Assembly (NCBI RefSeq): GCF_006345805.1
Contig: NW_021828491.1
Coordinates: 1 to 8,240, forward strand
Direction: 5' to 3'
Length of the DNA: 8,240 nt
Origin: Octopus sinensis
Lineage: Eukaryota
Positions 7,352 to 8,240 of this stretch are shown in pieces. The notes beneath the pieces are model-generated. The model worked only from the letters and a program-made list of their open reading frames with translations, made no database searches and was not told the DNA's origin. Made by a program: the position numbers and the translations under genes. Within the stretch, counting starts at the first letter, position 1. Each line of letters opens with the position of its first letter.

Positions 7352-7930
7352 CCCTCACCCAGAAGGAATATAAGAGACGTCACGACAATATAGCAAGGAT
7401 TGTCCATTGGACACTTTGCGACAAGTGTGGACTTGACAGAGCAAAAAATTGGTACGACCACAAACCTAAAGGCATTGTCGAAAATAGAAATGCAAAGATC
7501 CTATGGGATTTTATGATTCAATGTGACCATGAGATTTAGAATAGGAAGCTGGACATTGTCTTAACCGAGAAAGAAAACAAACTATGCTGGATCATAGATA
7601 TAGCATGCCCAGCTGACAACAAGGTATGCGTCAAGGAAGAAAGAAAAGTCGAGAGGTTAGCTTGGGAAGTTAAGCAGTTGTGGTAGATGAAAAAGGTAGC
7701 AGTAGTACCAATAACTGTCGGAGCCTTGGGAACAGTGAGCAATAATCTCGAGAAGTACGTGGAACATATAGTTGCTGCAATAAGGGTGGAGCACTTGCAG
7801 AAAACAGCACTGCTTAGAACCGCTCGAATACTCCGGAAGGTGCTCGAAAAATAACAGGTGTTACTTTAGTTCACTGGTAGTGAACAGCTGACACCGTAGT
7901 ACATTTCCAGCGTTACAATCTGTGCAAAGG

Positions 7931-7933
<3 letters not shown>
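7352..7933 (+). mobile_element. R4/Dong-like non-LTR retrotransposon fragment 2 (endonuclease, ORF end at 7854, 3'UTR), 5'-truncated
   Basis: 7354-7854 in one frame: LTQKEYKRRHDNIARIVHW...LWDFMIQCDHEI*NRKLDIV...IIDIACPADNKVCVKEERK...VVPITVGALGTV...LQKTALLRTARILRKVLEK*. Internal stops at 7537 and 7684. It ends in (TAA)n. Confidence 0.88.
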
Positions 7934-7987
<54 letters not shown>

Positions 7988-8013
7988 TATAATAATAATA
8001 ATAATAACAATAA
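7934..8013 (+). repeat. (TAA)n microsatellite, tail or target of the R4/Dong-like element
   Basis: Direct reading. Confidence 0.95.
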
Positions 8014-8213
8014 TGGTTTCAAATTTTTCCACAAAGGCAGCCATTTGGGGGGAGGGGATGTGTCGATTACATCGACCCCAGTATTCAACTGGTACTTAAT
8101 TTATGAAAGGCAAAGTCAACCTCGGCGGAATTTGAACTCAGAACGTAGCAACGGACGAAATACTGCTAAGCATTTAGTCCGGCATGCTAACGATTCTGCT
8201 AGCTCGTCGCCTT
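8014..8213 (-). mobile_element. SINE family C, near full length, with a 15-bp internal deletion
   Basis: Reverse complement begins AAGGCGACGAGCTAGCAGAATCGTTAGCATGCCGG with B-box GAGTTCAAATTCC. It lacks ATCCTTTCGGGGTCG near 8104 and is flanked by TAA repeats on both sides. Confidence 0.9.
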
Positions 8214-8240
8214 AAGTAATAATAATAATCCTTTCTACTA

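Noticed and set aside
8226-8240. Possible start of another minus-strand SINE tail
   Set aside because: Only ~12 informative bases lie before the window edge.

Overview
AT-rich, repeat-saturated animal genomic DNA, most likely intronic or intergenic. The SINE families resemble octopus (coleoid cephalopod) repeats; this is from recall, not a database search. No intact host gene is supported, and nearly all listed ORFs are microsatellite or antisense-repeat artefacts. The window holds three tRNA-derived SINE families in about 11 pieces, a CR1/L2-like LINE 3' end nested in a SINE, two decayed L1/Tx1-like ORF2 fragments, two R4/Dong-like restriction-endonuclease LINE fragments, and many microsatellites. 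The standout is a ~350-bp near-perfect inverted repeat (3352-3702 / 3907-4255) inserted in the (TA)n of a SINE. Each arm carries a minimal type I hammerhead-ribozyme motif with the compensatory U3-A8 core (UUGAAAA instead of CUGANGA). This architecture fits inverted pseudo-LTRs of a Penelope-like element.
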